This document shows positions 49,390 to 60,293 of a DNA stretch of 64,000 nucleotides, one piece after another. The stretch is taken from positions 2,454 to 66,453 of the IMG/VR virus record IMGVR_UViG_3300031688_000009; one strand, given 5' to 3'. This DNA is from a virus. How positions within the stretch are numbered: the first letter of the stretch is position 1; each line of letters starts with the position of its first letter. The position numbers and the translations under genes are program-made. The notes beneath the pieces are model-generated. The model made no database searches. It saw only the letters and a list, made by a program, of their open reading frames with translations, and was not told where the DNA came from.

Positions 49390-49848
49390 ATGGCAGACGC
49401 ATTTAATTTTGGGATTAACTTTCCATTTACCGAATCTAAGGACGGAAAGTACTTAGACCTTACCTCGACTAGTGGTGATGAAGTTAGAGCGTCATTAATA
49501 CATTTATTATTGACACGAAAAGGTAGTAGGTATTATTTACCATCGTTTGGAACAAAATTATATGAGTATCTTTTTGAGCCAATGGACCAATCGACATTTA
49601 CTAAAATGCAGACTGAGGTTACTGAGTCGGTTAGGGAATTCTTACCGAACGTAACTATAAATAAAATAGAGGTAACTCCGTACTTAGATACTGAGGAATC
49701 GCCTGGGGAATATGTTACTGGGTTGGACGAAAGACTTTATAGGTCGGCTGCCGATGGTACGGAAGAGTATACAGTAAAACTAAGGATTGACTATTCAAGT
49801 AATTATGGTCAGTTCAAACAAAGGGATTATGTTATAATTAATTTATAA
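49390..49848 (+). CDS. Baseplate wedge protein, gp25-like
   Basis: GINFPF, VRASLIHLLLTRKGSRYYLPSFGTKLYEYLFEP; TATTTATA at 49367-49374. Confidence 0.9.
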   Translation: MADAFNFGINFPFTESKDGKYLDLTSTSGDEVRASLIHLLLTRKGSRYYLPSFGTKLYEYLFEPMDQSTFTKMQTEVTESVREFLPNVTINKIEVTPYLDTEESPGEYVTGLDERLYRSAADGTEEYTVKLRIDYSSNYGQFKQRDYVIINL

Positions 49849-49849
49849 A

Positions 49850-51685
49850 ATGGCAGAAAGAATATCATACACAGAAAGAGACTTTTTAGGGTTAAGAAAT
49901 GAGTTAGTTAACTTAACTAAAGAGTATTATCCTGATTTAATTCAGAACTATAACGATGCGTCTTTATACTCAGTATTTTTAGACATGAATGCCGCTATCG
50001 GGGATAACTTACATTATCATATTGATAGAACGATGCAGGAGACGGTATTGGATTTTGCTCAGCAAAAACAGTCGATATATAATATTGCCAGAACGTATGG
50101 TTTAAAATTACCTGGAAAGAGACCATCGGTTTCTTTAGTTGATTTTACTATTACGGTACCGGTTTCGGGGGATAAGGAAGATGCTAGGTATTTGGGGTTA
50201 CTTTCACGAGGAGCTCAAATAACGGGTGGTGGTGAGATATTTGAAACTGTTTACGATATTGATTTCTCTTCTCCATATGACCTTAAGGGTAATCCAAATA
50301 GAACTAAAATTCCGATTATAGATGCGAGTGGTAATATCACGGCATACAATATGACGAAAAGAGAGGTTGTTGTTAATGGAGTTACTAAGGTTTTTAAAAA
50401 AGTTATTAGACCAACGGATGTTAAACCATTCGCGAAGATATATTTACCTGACAATGATGTTTTGGGTATTGTTGGGGTAATTGAAAAACAAGGGACTACG
50501 TTCACTGCGATTCCATCGGATTCTGACTTCTTATCGTCAAAGACTAAGTGGGAGGAAGTTAAGAGTTTATCTCAGGACAGAGTTTTTGTACCTGACTATA
50601 CATCACCTTCAGACCAACCAGGTTTAGTTAGGGGAAAATATAAGACTGTTAATCGAAGATTCATTAATGAGTTCACACCTGAAGGGTTTTCATTTTTAAC
50701 CTTTGGTGGTGGTAATACATCCGCTCAGGACCAATTTGACACATTTGTTGATTTAGATGGCAATTATGACCTATTGGATTTCACGAATAACCTATCATTA
50801 GGTAGGTCACTTAAACCAAACACGACACTTTTCATTAAGTATCGAATAGGTGGTGGTATCACATCGAATGTTGGTGTTGGATTATTGTCAGGGTTAGGTG
50901 ATTATGACTTAACGATGACGGGACCGTCACAAACAGTAAATACGAAAGTAATTAACTCTCTAAGAGGTGCGAATGTAACTGCCGCTATTGGTGGTGCCGA
51001 CAAACCTTCGTTGGAAGAAGTTAGAAATATGGTAGCGTTTAACTTTGCGGCTCAAGAGAGAGCGGTAACACTTAATGATTACCGAATATTAATTAAGACC
51101 ATGCCAGCAAAATACGGGGCACCTTCAAAGGTTACCGTATATGAGGAGGACAATAAGATACGTATTAACCTACTTTCTTATGATTCTAATGGTAACTTAA
51201 CCTCTAAGGTCTCAAATGTCCTTAGACAGAACATTGCTGAATACCTTTCGGAATTTAGAATGATAAATGATTATATCGAAACTGAGGTTGCAGAAATCAT
51301 CGACTTAGGTATTGAAATTGATGTTATATTGGATAAGAAAGTAAATCAAACGGAAATCATCTCTAAGATAATCACGGAGGTTACTGACTTTATGGATATT
51401 GATGGGAGAGACTTAGGTGAGCATTTATTTGCAGGTGAACTAAGACAATTAATTAATTCACAATCGGGAGTTGTTAACATTACGGATTTACGTATGGTTA
51501 ATAAGACTAGTGAGGGATATTCGGATAGTAAAACGGCACAATCATATGTGGATGAAGATACTCAACAGATTAGGTTATCGGACGAGACTCTATATATGAG
51601 AAGTAACCAAATTTATCAAATCAGATTCCCTAAGAAGGATATTGTAGTTAGAGTTAAAACACTTTCAGCTCCAATCGTTGGATAA
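49850..51685 (+). CDS. Baseplate wedge protein, gp6/baseplate-J-like
   Basis: YTERDF..LRNEL, SIYNIARTYG, YRIGGG..SNVG, GGAD, QERAVTLNDY. Confidence 0.88.
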   Translation: MAERISYTERDFLGLRNELVNLTKEYYPDLIQNYNDASLYSVFLDMNAAIGDNLHYHIDRTMQETVLDFAQQKQSIYNIARTYGLKLPGKRPSVSLVDFTITVPVSGDKEDARYLGLLSRGAQITGGGEIFETVYDIDFSSPYDLKGNPNRTKIPIIDASGNITAYNMTKREVVVNGVTKVFKKVIRPTDVKPFAKIYLPDNDVLGIVGVIEKQGTTFTAIPSDSDFLSSKTKWEEVKSLSQDRVFVPDYTSPSDQPGLVRGKYKTVNRRFINEFTPEGFSFLTFGGGNTSAQDQFDTFVDLDGNYDLLDFTNNLSLGRSLKPNTTLFIKYRIGGGITSNVGVGLLSGLGDYDLTMTGPSQTVNTKVINSLRGANVTAAIGGADKPSLEEVRNMVAFNFAAQERAVTLNDYRILIKTMPAKYGAPSKVTVYEEDNKIRINLLSYDSNGNLTSKVSNVLRQNIAEYLSEFRMINDYIETEVAEIIDLGIEIDVILDKKVNQTEIISKIITEVTDFMDIDGRDLGEHLFAGELRQLINSQSGVVNITDLRMVNKTSEGYSDSKTAQSYVDEDTQQIRLSDETLYMRSNQIYQIRFPKKDIVVRVKTLSAPIVG

Positions 51686-51761
51686 TCTTTACTAAGTACA
51701 TAGATTTACTATTTTTCTAAAGAGAAAATACGCCAAACAGTATTTATTTAAAAGAAGAATT

Positions 51762-54700
51762 ATGTCAAAATCAATTAGAATACGAACGGAACCCGGTGTC
51801 GATACAAACATAAAGGTTAATATCGAGCAGGATTTCGATACTTTAGACATTTTATCTCTTAAGATGACTCAGACTGAAGCCTACACTAGTTTATGTGCGG
51901 ATTTCGGAGTGGTTGTGGGTAGAGTTTTTACCAACGGAGGGTATGGTATCCCAAATGCAAGAGTTTCTATTTTTGTACCAATTGAGGACTTAGACGAGGA
52001 CAATCCAGTTATTAATGAGATTTATCCTTATAAGACAATATCGTCTCGTAATGAGGAAGGATATCGATATAACCTACTACCAAAAACAAAACAACATTCA
52101 GGGCACACACCAACAGGTACTTTCCCCTCTAAATTAGAGGTTCTTACGGAAGACCGTGTATTGGAAGTGTATGAAAAATATTACAAATATAGTGCGAAGA
52201 CTAATGACTCAGGTGACTTTATGTTATTTGGGGTTCCATTAGGTTCCCACACATTACATTACGACTTAGATTTATCTGATATTGGTTCGCAATCTTTAGT
52301 TCCTTACGATTTCGTATATGAAGGGGTGTCTCCTGAAAAATTCGAAAATGCGTATACGTTTATGTCGTCCGATAATTTAGATGGATTACCACAGGTGGTA
52401 TCTACACAAAAAACTATTAATGTTGAGCCTTTTTGGGGTAACCCAGAATTGTGTCAAATAGGTATTACTCGTTCAGATTTCGATTTGAAGGAGAGAGGAG
52501 TGAGGATTGACCCATACTCGATAATGATGGGTGGAACGTTTACCGATTCAGGTAAAGACGCGATTACCGTTCGATGTAATGTCGATAATCAAATGGGAGA
52601 GAAATGTAGGTTGACGACATTTAAGGGGGATATTGAGAGTATTCGATTTTCAGGTGAATATGAAACTAATGATGAAGGTAAGGTTGACCTGTCTAGACCA
52701 ATTTTAGAGTCGTTAAAAATTGACTCCCAAATTGACGAGAATGGGGTATTCTTTTATAGAGTACCGATGAACCTAAAATACATCACTACCGACGAATTTG
52801 GGTATATCGTGGAGTCTAAAGACCCCGATATTGGAATACCAACACAAGGGAATTATAGGTTTAGGTTTAGTCTTAACGAGGACACTGGAGCTAAAAACTC
52901 CTTTACTGGTAAATATTTGGTACCGAATGTTAGGGAGTACCACATTAATGACGGGGAGTTTTTTGGTAATTATAATACTATAGACTCTAAATCATATGCG
53001 TTCTCAACGGTATTGGACGATTATCCAACGCAGGCACATTCGGAAATATCGGGGACTAGTCAAAGTGCATTGAACAATGGACAGGCTGGGGTACCTCAGG
53101 ACTATTTTTATCAGTTTAGGTATTCTAGGGTGTATAGTGCATCTAGTTTTTTAAATCGTTATGAGAAGAAATCATGGTTGGAACGTACATTTAATTTTTT
53201 GGTTAGGGATAGAAATGAATCGTTTATAGGGATAAAGGAGATATGGCCATCTGAGAAAGACGATTGTGCGACTACAAATAATTACTTCCCAATTAATGAC
53301 GCAGTTAGGAATCATAGGTTTAATTTTTTCATATTAACAATAATAAGTTTTATTGAGTATATTGGACTAAGAATCCAACTTTTCTTTAAGGAAATAACCA
53401 CGCAGATTCTTTTTGCAATCGCCGATATATTATCAAATACGGGGGTGTCAAACAAGGCGGCGGCTAAGATGTTTAGAAGAGCCAAGGAGTTCCAATTTCG
53501 TAATATTTTTAAGTTACAATTAATAACCTACCCTGATTGTTATGATTGTGAGGAGGATAACGAGGAAAATGAGACCGAAACTAATGTGGTTGCGATGTCT
53601 CAATTAGAGATAGACGATTTCGCCAATAATAACTCACCAATTTTTGTGGATAAAATTTTCTTAGAGAAATATATGGTTGCGAGTGATAATTGTGCTGAGT
53701 ATGTAATTACTAATAATACTGGGTCTCAGATTTCGGTATCATATAATGATTGTGGTGGGGTGTTAACCGTACTTACCATTAATAGTGGTAGTACGAACGG
53801 CTCGGTCAAAGGTGAGGAAAATCAGACCAGTACGTTCCAGTCGGCATCATTAACGGTTGATAGTAGTACGGTTTTAAATGACGCGTCGTCCTTTAACCCT
53901 GACGATGATTTATACATACCAAGTAATGTAATTGCGGTCCCAACGGGAACTAACACACCAAATAATGGGTCTAATTTATTTATGACGTATATTATTGGGA
54001 TTGATGTTTTAGGTTCAGGGATACAATATTTTGGTGGGGGTATAGGTCAACAATATGATATAATATATGATGAGGATACTACGACGTGGAAATTAAGTGG
54101 GGTTTATGGGTTAATAAATCAGGGGATAAGTTCGGCGTTTAACACTCCGTTGGATTCAACACAAAATGGTACGTGTCACATAAATCAAGGTGAGATAAAG
54201 ATAAAGGAAATTTATAAAGTGGCCGACATTCTAATTGAGGATGTAATTTTTACTGAGGTTGAAAGTGGTTGTTCGAAGTATGATTTTATTATTGAGGATG
54301 AAGCTGGCCGAAACGGAGACATGAAATTACGACCATTTGAGGGTCCACTACAAGAAAAAAACGGGAATCCATTATTGACATATGCCAGTGCTAGGGATTA
54401 TTTATTATCTAACCAGCCGATGTCTGGTCTTCCGTGGAATGTAGGTTACCAAACGTGGGCTCAATACAAATTAACTACTTCAGATGAATATACGAACAAG
54501 ATAACCGGTGAAGGTGAGGGGGAGTGTGATGATAGACCGGAGTATAATGTTCTTGCGGTGGTTTCGGAACACAATAAAAGATTCACGTCGTCGATAAACA
54601 GTAATGATTTTAAAAATAATACACCACACTGTATAATTAATGGTAGATATTATGGTGAGGTAAAGAAGAAGGGTCCTTACTATACAGATAATAGTTTAAC

Positions 54701-56030
54701 AAAAGATGGTACGTTATCTGGGTTTTCAGAGTTTAGAGATGGGGTTTTTACTATCGTCCCATTGGCAGGTAGAAATGGTGAGTTATTAAACACATATAGA
54801 AGACGAAAACTTTTTGGGAAGTTAATGTGTGGTGGTGTAATATCATACACGTTTTCAAACTCGTGGATAAACGGAGCTTTATATTTTTTCCAGTTCGTTA
54901 AAAAGGGGGGTAATAAATGGTGTAAAGATTGTCTATATAAGAAAGTTGACGAGACAGGGACACATTACTACTATAGGTCCACGCCATATTCTGAGGACTT
55001 TAAAGAAGGTGAAACACAATACAACTACACTAATGATGGAAGTGAGATAGGGGTTAATAGTGAATTAACTGACGAATACGATAATAAGAGAAGTGGGTTT
55101 CATGGGGTGAGGAAAATCTTCAATACTAATGGTATGTCTGGACTTCAGGGGTCTCAGGTGGAAATCAATTTCCCGACTACGGTCGTGGATTTAGGTCCTA
55201 GAAATACGTGGTTAAATGAAATCACTACGGACGCTGAGTTAGACCCAAACTGTTCGATTTCTAGAAGTATCGGTTCAACCTCATATAAGGGGGTTGACGA
55301 TTTAATGGAGTATATTATACAATCTAAAGAAATTAAGGAGAGGGGTAGGTTAGATGTACAGGATTTATTTGATTCTCGAAAGGGTAGTATTGATGGGGAT
55401 ATCGCGCAATTACTTAATTTTAATACTCAAACGGGTATTTACCCATTTGAAAATGAGGAATTAGATTCTCCTTATATGTCACTTTATTCAAGTACTTTCG
55501 ACAGTAAAGGACCTATAGGATTGAAGTTTTTCTACTCTGAAGATGACCCAGATACTGTAGAGTTAGAGCAGTCAGGTGTTTTGGTTAGGTCGTGTTTAAA
55601 CGAACCGGGTAGGTTAGGTGATACATCTCAAAGAGTACCATATTTTATGTGGAATACAAAGGGTCATGGTTTTGGGGAGTTTCCTACTTGGGGAACTGAT
55701 AATGGGAGTGATTATGGTGAGAAGCAAGATTATATGAGGAGTATGGTCTTCAATCAAAGAATACAACAATTCAAGGCGAATCTGAATGAAGATTTAAATT
55801 ATGATACGTCGGATAATGAGTATTTTAAGCCGTACCTATTACCGCCAATTGTTGACTGTATCGAGATTGATGCGGTAAAATTAAAGGCAAATGATAATTA
55901 CAAAGAATATACGGTGGATGGGGAACCAACCCACATAATGGAGATTGGGGTACCATTTCACTACCATTTAGGGTTGAGAAAAGGTAAGACCTCTTACGAT
56001 AAATTTGTTGAAAATTACGGACCAAAATAA
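51762..56030 (+). CDS. Large baseplate/tail-associated protein with an N-terminal prealbumin-like beta-sandwich
   Basis: VVGRV...GIPNARVSIF and KTNDSGDFMLFGVPLG; Cys-rich segments; TATTTAT at 51741-51747. Confidence 0.6.
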   Translation: MSKSIRIRTEPGVDTNIKVNIEQDFDTLDILSLKMTQTEAYTSLCADFGVVVGRVFTNGGYGIPNARVSIFVPIEDLDEDNPVINEIYPYKTISSRNEEGYRYNLLPKTKQHSGHTPTGTFPSKLEVLTEDRVLEVYEKYYKYSAKTNDSGDFMLFGVPLGSHTLHYDLDLSDIGSQSLVPYDFVYEGVSPEKFENAYTFMSSDNLDGLPQVVSTQKTINVEPFWGNPELCQIGITRSDFDLKERGVRIDPYSIMMGGTFTDSGKDAITVRCNVDNQMGEKCRLTTFKGDIESIRFSGEYETNDEGKVDLSRPILESLKIDSQIDENGVFFYRVPMNLKYITTDEFGYIVESKDPDIGIPTQGNYRFRFSLNEDTGAKNSFTGKYLVPNVREYHINDGEFFGNYNTIDSKSYAFSTVLDDYPTQAHSEISGTSQSALNNGQAGVPQDYFYQFRYSRVYSASSFLNRYEKKSWLERTFNFLVRDRNESFIGIKEIWPSEKDDCATTNNYFPINDAVRNHRFNFFILTIISFIEYIGLRIQLFFKEITTQILFAIADILSNTGVSNKAAAKMFRRAKEFQFRNIFKLQLITYPDCYDCEEDNEENETETNVVAMSQLEIDDFANNNSPIFVDKIFLEKYMVASDNCAEYVITNNTGSQISVSYNDCGGVLTVLTINSGSTNGSVKGEENQTSTFQSASLTVDSSTVLNDASSFNPDDDLYIPSNVIAVPTGTNTPNNGSNLFMTYIIGIDVLGSGIQYFGGGIGQQYDIIYDEDTTTWKLSGVYGLINQGISSAFNTPLDSTQNGTCHINQGEIKIKEIYKVADILIEDVIFTEVESGCSKYDFIIEDEAGRNGDMKLRPFEGPLQEKNGNPLLTYASARDYLLSNQPMSGLPWNVGYQTWAQYKLTTSDEYTNKITGEGEGECDDRPEYNVLAVVSEHNKRFTSSINSNDFKNNTPHCIINGRYYGEVKKKGPYYTDNSLTKDGTLSGFSEFRDGVFTIVPLAGRNGELLNTYRRRKLFGKLMCGGVISYTFSNSWINGALYFFQFVKKGGNKWCKDCLYKKVDETGTHYYYRSTPYSEDFKEGETQYNYTNDGSEIGVNSELTDEYDNKRSGFHGVRKIFNTNGMSGLQGSQVEINFPTTVVDLGPRNTWLNEITTDAELDPNCSISRSIGSTSYKGVDDLMEYIIQSKEIKERGRLDVQDLFDSRKGSIDGDIAQLLNFNTQTGIYPFENEELDSPYMSLYSSTFDSKGPIGLKFFYSEDDPDTVELEQSGVLVRSCLNEPGRLGDTSQRVPYFMWNTKGHGFGEFPTWGTDNGSDYGEKQDYMRSMVFNQRIQQFKANLNEDLNYDTSDNEYFKPYLLPPIVDCIEIDAVKLKANDNYKEYTVDGEPTHIMEIGVPFHYHLGLRKGKTSYDKFVENYGPK

Positions 56031-56031
56031 T

Positions 56032-56724
56032 ATGTGGATAAAAGACATCTTTAGTAGAAGAACCCCGAGTCATTTGATTATGTATTTTTTATATAAGAAT
56101 GAGGAAAAAAAATTATACAAATTTTTATCCAAAATCACTCATAGTATTATTGGTTCTACGAGCGACATTGACGGGATAGTTAATAAGGTTAGACTTTTCA
56201 TTAGGGATAATGAGGGATTAAAACTTAAACAAATAAATCTAACTAGTTATGGTACCGGGTATAATTTAATTGAGGGGTTAACTAAGGAGGAAACTATTAG
56301 GGTGTTAGATGAGTTAATGCCGATAATGACAAAAGATACGAATATTATGTTTACCACCTGTTATAGTGGTACGACACTCAGTAAGATTACGGAATTATCT
56401 GAACATTATAGTGGGATGGCTATTTATGGTATGAAAAGTAATTATGGGTTAACTGCTAAAATGAATAGATGTTCATGTAAAAAGGGGGGGTATAGTCAAG
56501 CGACGATTAAGGATATACCAGAAAGTAAGTATGGGTTATCACACGATGAGGTGATGGTGGTAAATACGATTAGGAGAGATGAGAACGAATTAATAAATTG
56601 GGAAAGGTGTGGGATGTCATACGTCTATAATGAAAAAATGATGAGTGAGGGGATTTGTGAAGAAACCCCACAACCATATACACTAATGAGGTCAATAATT
56701 AATTACATATTCAATATACGATAA
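56032..56724 (+). CDS. Hypothetical protein, possibly a degenerate caspase-like/DUF4347 fold
   Basis: LKQINLTSYGTG ... IMFTTCYSG resembles the strand-HG ... strand-C pattern with His replaced by Tyr; start ATG 56032. Confidence 0.45.
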   Translation: MWIKDIFSRRTPSHLIMYFLYKNEEKKLYKFLSKITHSIIGSTSDIDGIVNKVRLFIRDNEGLKLKQINLTSYGTGYNLIEGLTKEETIRVLDELMPIMTKDTNIMFTTCYSGTTLSKITELSEHYSGMAIYGMKSNYGLTAKMNRCSCKKGGYSQATIKDIPESKYGLSHDEVMVVNTIRRDENELINWERCGMSYVYNEKMMSEGICEETPQPYTLMRSIINYIFNIR

Positions 56725-58451
56725 TGTCAGATAAAAAAATAATATTACCCCAACTGAGGTTTAAGGGGTCAGAAGAAACCGATTTAAACCTTAAGATTGA
56801 GTTAGGTCAGGATTCTAGACATATTGTCGAAGGGGATAGGACGGTCCTATTAGACCAATCGGAACAATACGACCGAGAGAGACAGAAATCCGAGAAGTAT
56901 CGTTTAACAGGGGTTATTAGACCCATTTTTAAGAATTTAACAGACATAACCACTAATAACATTGACATATTATCTGAGATGTTTTTTAATAGTGGTAAGA
57001 TTGATGGGATTATAAATGATACCAACGCAAATACCCCGGCAGACTTGAATTTGAGTCAAATGGTTGGAAAACTTTCATATGACGAATTTGACTTCATCCG
57101 AAAAGATTATGTAGGGAGTAATGACCCTAATAGTTTTGGGTTATATAATAATGGGAGTGGATTTGGACCTGTCAACGCAGATAAGATAAATTGGAATGCG
57201 TACCTAACGTATCCTTTTAGTAAGTCAACTACAAATCTAACCGTTAATTCGGTTGAAATGGACGGGTTTCTAAATTTCAACTTAGGGAGTGGGTTACCAA
57301 TTAAACTTATGACGTCAATAAGTGTTTCGAACCCATATTATGAGTTCTACTCACCATTTAATCATGGATTAACTAGTGAAAGTTTCGTCAGTATTGGTGG
57401 GAATGTTTATTCCGTAGATTTTACCGGAAATGAAAAGTATCGGTCAGACAATAATTATTTTTCTATCAGTGGTGGTCAAATAGTTAGTGGTGTTACGTTT
57501 ACAGAGGGGGATGTTACAACATTTAAAAGGGTTGTTGAAAAAAACAATGAGATAGAATCAACTTCAGAGTATTATATATTACAACATAAGGTGTTAAGAA
57601 CTCCGAAAAATTTTACATTATCTAAAAATGCGTTTGAATCTTCAATTTTTGAGGATGAGAGGAAGTTACCTAAGTATTTTGTTAGTAATGACATTAATCA
57701 TGATAACTACGGTGTCCCTTCGTTTAATAATGACGGTAAGGTGGTGACGCAAGAGTTAGGGGATACGTATTTAGCGATATTAGATGATGAGATTGATGTT
57801 GATGGATTAGAGGACCATTTAAATCGACCAATTAGTAAGTTATATTTCACGACACTATTTAAGAATAGTATGGGTATGTTCGGTAAACAACGTTTTGGGT
57901 TTAAAGAACAAATAGGTCTCGGGTCGGAAGAGTATATTATGGATATTGATGGTGGTCTGTATGTCGTTGGAGATGATGGGGTAGTGACTAAAGATTTTGA
58001 GGTCGGAGATGTGATTGATGGTGGAATATATGAGTATAACCCATACGATTTGGTTGACCGAGAGGTATCGATTCGTAAAAATAGGTTGGAATATAATTCA
58101 GATTTGTTTATGATAGACGAGGGTCCTAATTATTCTTATGATGTACATCACGAATATAAGTTAAGAGAATTTTCTGACTATATTGAGGAGAGTGATACGA
58201 GTAATATCTATAACTTACCGAAATATGCGAACTACATAGAGAAGGAGAAAATATGGATATGGAGAGATTTATGGGGTAAAGGATACGTTAACCCTCAGGG
58301 GTTAGGTGTTGACAATCCATTCATTAATGGGTGTCATTATTTGAACAAACAGATTAATTTATATATTAAGCCGGATACTATTGACGGTATCACAAATAAC
58401 AGGGTAACTGACAATAGGGTTGACCCATTTTTAATTGATTATTGTGGGTAA
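56724..58451 (+). CDS. Hypothetical structural protein
   Basis: 575 aa, translationally coupled within the baseplate operon; ERQKSEKYR, WRDL..GY...GVDNPFINGCHY. Confidence 0.65.
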   Translation: MSDKKIILPQLRFKGSEETDLNLKIELGQDSRHIVEGDRTVLLDQSEQYDRERQKSEKYRLTGVIRPIFKNLTDITTNNIDILSEMFFNSGKIDGIINDTNANTPADLNLSQMVGKLSYDEFDFIRKDYVGSNDPNSFGLYNNGSGFGPVNADKINWNAYLTYPFSKSTTNLTVNSVEMDGFLNFNLGSGLPIKLMTSISVSNPYYEFYSPFNHGLTSESFVSIGGNVYSVDFTGNEKYRSDNNYFSISGGQIVSGVTFTEGDVTTFKRVVEKNNEIESTSEYYILQHKVLRTPKNFTLSKNAFESSIFEDERKLPKYFVSNDINHDNYGVPSFNNDGKVVTQELGDTYLAILDDEIDVDGLEDHLNRPISKLYFTTLFKNSMGMFGKQRFGFKEQIGLGSEEYIMDIDGGLYVVGDDGVVTKDFEVGDVIDGGIYEYNPYDLVDREVSIRKNRLEYNSDLFMIDEGPNYSYDVHHEYKLREFSDYIEESDTSNIYNLPKYANYIEKEKIWIWRDLWGKGYVNPQGLGVDNPFINGCHYLNKQINLYIKPDTIDGITNNRVTDNRVDPFLIDYCG

Positions 58452-59337
58452 AATTAAAATAAGAAAAGGAGAGACGTTAAACATACCAATTGAGTTAAGT
58501 CAACAATTTGACATTACAGGTCAGGAAGATTTAATCGAAAAGTATGAGGATGATGTAATGCAAGAAATCATAAACCCGATTAAGGATTATGAGGTTGCTA
58601 AGTTCATACACGAACCAAATGAGTATGGAATGAATAACCTTTATATGGTTATGACATTTAAGAATGGTGAGAATTCGTGGATTGATGAATACGAACCTCA
58701 GGGGTTTACCGAAATGGAATTATTCTCATTCACTAAAAATGTGAAGAATAGTTTCTTTAAGTTGGACTTCTATGACACGCCAAATAGAGAACAACAAAAA
58801 CAACAATTTACTAAAATAATACCAATGTATTTATCAAACCTTGCGGTGTATGATAAAGATATGGACGGAATTGCGGATTACGAGGATGGTGATGTTGATG
58901 GGGTAAATATGGAGGGTACTGTTAGTGGGGACACTCAGGCCGACATTATTAATTTATCGAATAGACTTAGTAGTATTATCACGCAAAGCACTGTAGGTTC
59001 ATATATAGTACCAAACTTTTTCTCGAACATTTTCAAAAATAATGAGATTTCGGATATGTTTATTTTTAAGGATACTGATACTAAAAACGTAAACGAATTT
59101 TATTTTACGTGTCGTTTTTATAATGCGAAGGATGGTAATGTGGTTAGAATGTTAAACGACCCTAAAGAAGACGGTGGGGTGAACCCTAGAGAGGACTTTT
59201 ACTATAAAATGGTTATAAACCGGGAAGATAGGACATATATTATTTTAACTCACAATGATGATTCGAATGTTTATACTGATAGAGTCGGACATAGTAGTGA
59301 GAATGGGCCGATACCGTTAATATTTTTTGAACAATAA
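58444..59337 (+). CDS. Hypothetical structural protein
   Basis: About 297 aa, probable GTG start at 58444; NSFFKLDFYDTP, FYNAKDG and a DxDxDG insert. Confidence 0.6.
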   Translation: MGKIKIRKGETLNIPIELSQQFDITGQEDLIEKYEDDVMQEIINPIKDYEVAKFIHEPNEYGMNNLYMVMTFKNGENSWIDEYEPQGFTEMELFSFTKNVKNSFFKLDFYDTPNREQQKQQFTKIIPMYLSNLAVYDKDMDGIADYEDGDVDGVNMEGTVSGDTQADIINLSNRLSSIITQSTVGSYIVPNFFSNIFKNNEISDMFIFKDTDTKNVNEFYFTCRFYNAKDGNVVRMLNDPKEDGGVNPREDFYYKMVINREDRTYIILTHNDDSNVYTDRVGHSSENGPIPLIFFEQ

Positions 59338-60293
59338 TGAAGAGAGTAATTAAAAAATTAGAAACAGGTGACCATACGTTCCCAATCGTCTTAGAACAGA
59401 CGGTGGATAATGTGGGATTATATACACCGACAGACGGAGGGATAGGACAATTAGATACTATTTGTAATTTTGTCTTACTAACCAACGCGTTAAATACTAC
59501 GGTAATACTTAAGGATGGTATGAATACCGATAAATATTCTTTCTTAAAAGGACTTACATATGTAATCTATTGGGGTGATGGGAATAGTGAGACGTTTAGT
59601 GTTGATGGGATATCCCACACACATACTTATGATGTTTCGGACACTACATTACCGATTGAGGTAACCATGTTATTTACTACTCCGTGGGGTAACCATAGAG
59701 AGGTAAAGACAATTAACATTCCGTCAACGGATACGGTAATATTTAATCCGGCGATTAGAACCCCCGAGTTTTTAGGTTATGATACTAACGTTGTCACATA
59801 CATTAACACTTCAGGTGTTATTATTTGTAATGGGGTTCAGAGTAGATTAACTGAGATGAAAAAATATGGGACTTTTACATATACGACGAACATAACTGAT
59901 TCTGAGGGTATGCTAGGAATCAAAGGAATATCTGAGATAACCGGGTCAATTATTACATACTTTATTGATAGAATTAAATATATGGATGATAGCGATACTG
60001 GTAATACGACCATTAGTTTATACCCTGAGTTATTCACTAATGGTGATATATTTAATGGGGTTGAATATATTAATGAGATGTTAAATATTGAGATGGAACC
60101 TGTAGTACATCAAGAAGTTTTTCATGGGATAACTGGTGACATTGAAATACAATCGGATATCTTTATAGAGAGAGGTAAACAAGCTCCCTTCGAGTTTTAC
60201 TATAAAATGGGGGAAATTTCCAATATGAAAGAGTTGGAACAAAACGGAAACAAGTTTTTTACTATCAACAATGATGATGATTTTAAACTATAA
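59337..60293 (+). CDS. Hypothetical structural protein with a PKD-like segment
   Basis: YVIYWGDG...HTHTY; C-terminal IQSDIFIERGK...GNKFF. Confidence 0.6.
   Translation: MKRVIKKLETGDHTFPIVLEQTVDNVGLYTPTDGGIGQLDTICNFVLLTNALNTTVILKDGMNTDKYSFLKGLTYVIYWGDGNSETFSVDGISHTHTYDVSDTTLPIEVTMLFTTPWGNHREVKTINIPSTDTVIFNPAIRTPEFLGYDTNVVTYINTSGVIICNGVQSRLTEMKKYGTFTYTTNITDSEGMLGIKGISEITGSIITYFIDRIKYMDDSDTGNTTISLYPELFTNGDIFNGVEYINEMLNIEMEPVVHQEVFHGITGDIEIQSDIFIERGKQAPFEFYYKMGEISNMKELEQNGNKFFTINNDDDFKL

Noticed and set aside
8305-58443. Longer ORF-track starts at 8305, 10492, 20704, 32951, 39588, 40242, 56005 and 58435
   Set aside because: They overlap promoters, terminators or upstream genes; downstream ATG/GTG codons fit the operon spacing better.
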